64,000 bases of DNA from Kiritimatiellia bacterium. Its GTDB lineage: Bacteria > Verrucomicrobiota > Kiritimatiellia > RFP12 > UBA1067. Every line of letters begins with the position of its first letter. Position 1 is the first letter of the stretch. This document shows, one piece after another, positions 63,979 to 64,000 of this stretch. The position numbers and the translations under genes were made by a program. The notes under the pieces were generated by a model. That model had not been told where the DNA came from, made no database searches, and saw only the letters and a list, made by a program, of their open reading frames with translations. The DNA lies in the NCBI GenBank assembly GCA_045636065.1, contig JAZTWW010000036.1, forward strand, positions 5,404 through 69,403. Reading direction: 5' to 3'.

Positions 63979-64000
63979 GTAGGCAATCGAGTCAAGCCAG

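Overview
This is a GC-rich (about 63-66%) bacterial chromosomal segment in which about 50 of 51 genes are on the minus strand. Housekeeping genes (metK, fba, SpoU-family MTase, alpha-2-macroglobulin, prfA, rpmE, tRNA-Met(CAT), ilvB/ilvN, aroE, hisS, panD, clpX, clpP, tig) flank a lower-GC defence island at roughly 19.45-34.68 kb. The island is a type I R-M operon (hsdM, AlbA_2/HATPase_c_4 regulator, hsdS, hsdR, radC) with extra genes inserted upstream in the same overlapping, co-directional gene string. These are an OLD/GajA-like ABC-ATPase with a TOPRIM-like tail, a D12 (Dam-like) N6-adenine methyltransferase translationally coupled to a ParB/Srx-fold protein, a small unknown protein, an ORF6N (KilA-N) protein and a tiny ORF. 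A decayed copy of the AlbA_2 regulator with its own promoter sits at the island edge. The 3' third carries an envelope/EPS locus: exosortase, EpsI, a GT4 MraY/WecA-like transferase, a KamA radical-SAM enzyme, a ~1,937-aa surface protein translationally coupled to an OM beta-barrel, and a W/Y/P-rich repeat protein that is the only gene on the + strand. Other notable signals are an intergenic repeat family (3 copies) built from 9-mer GCGATAAA-type arrays, a recurrent extended -10 promoter (TTTGGTATAAT on the minus strand), two perfect 18-nt tandem duplications, and a thioester (CLEQ) alpha-2-macroglobulin. No integrase, transposase or CRISPR array was seen. All functional calls are from motif reading only; no searches were run.
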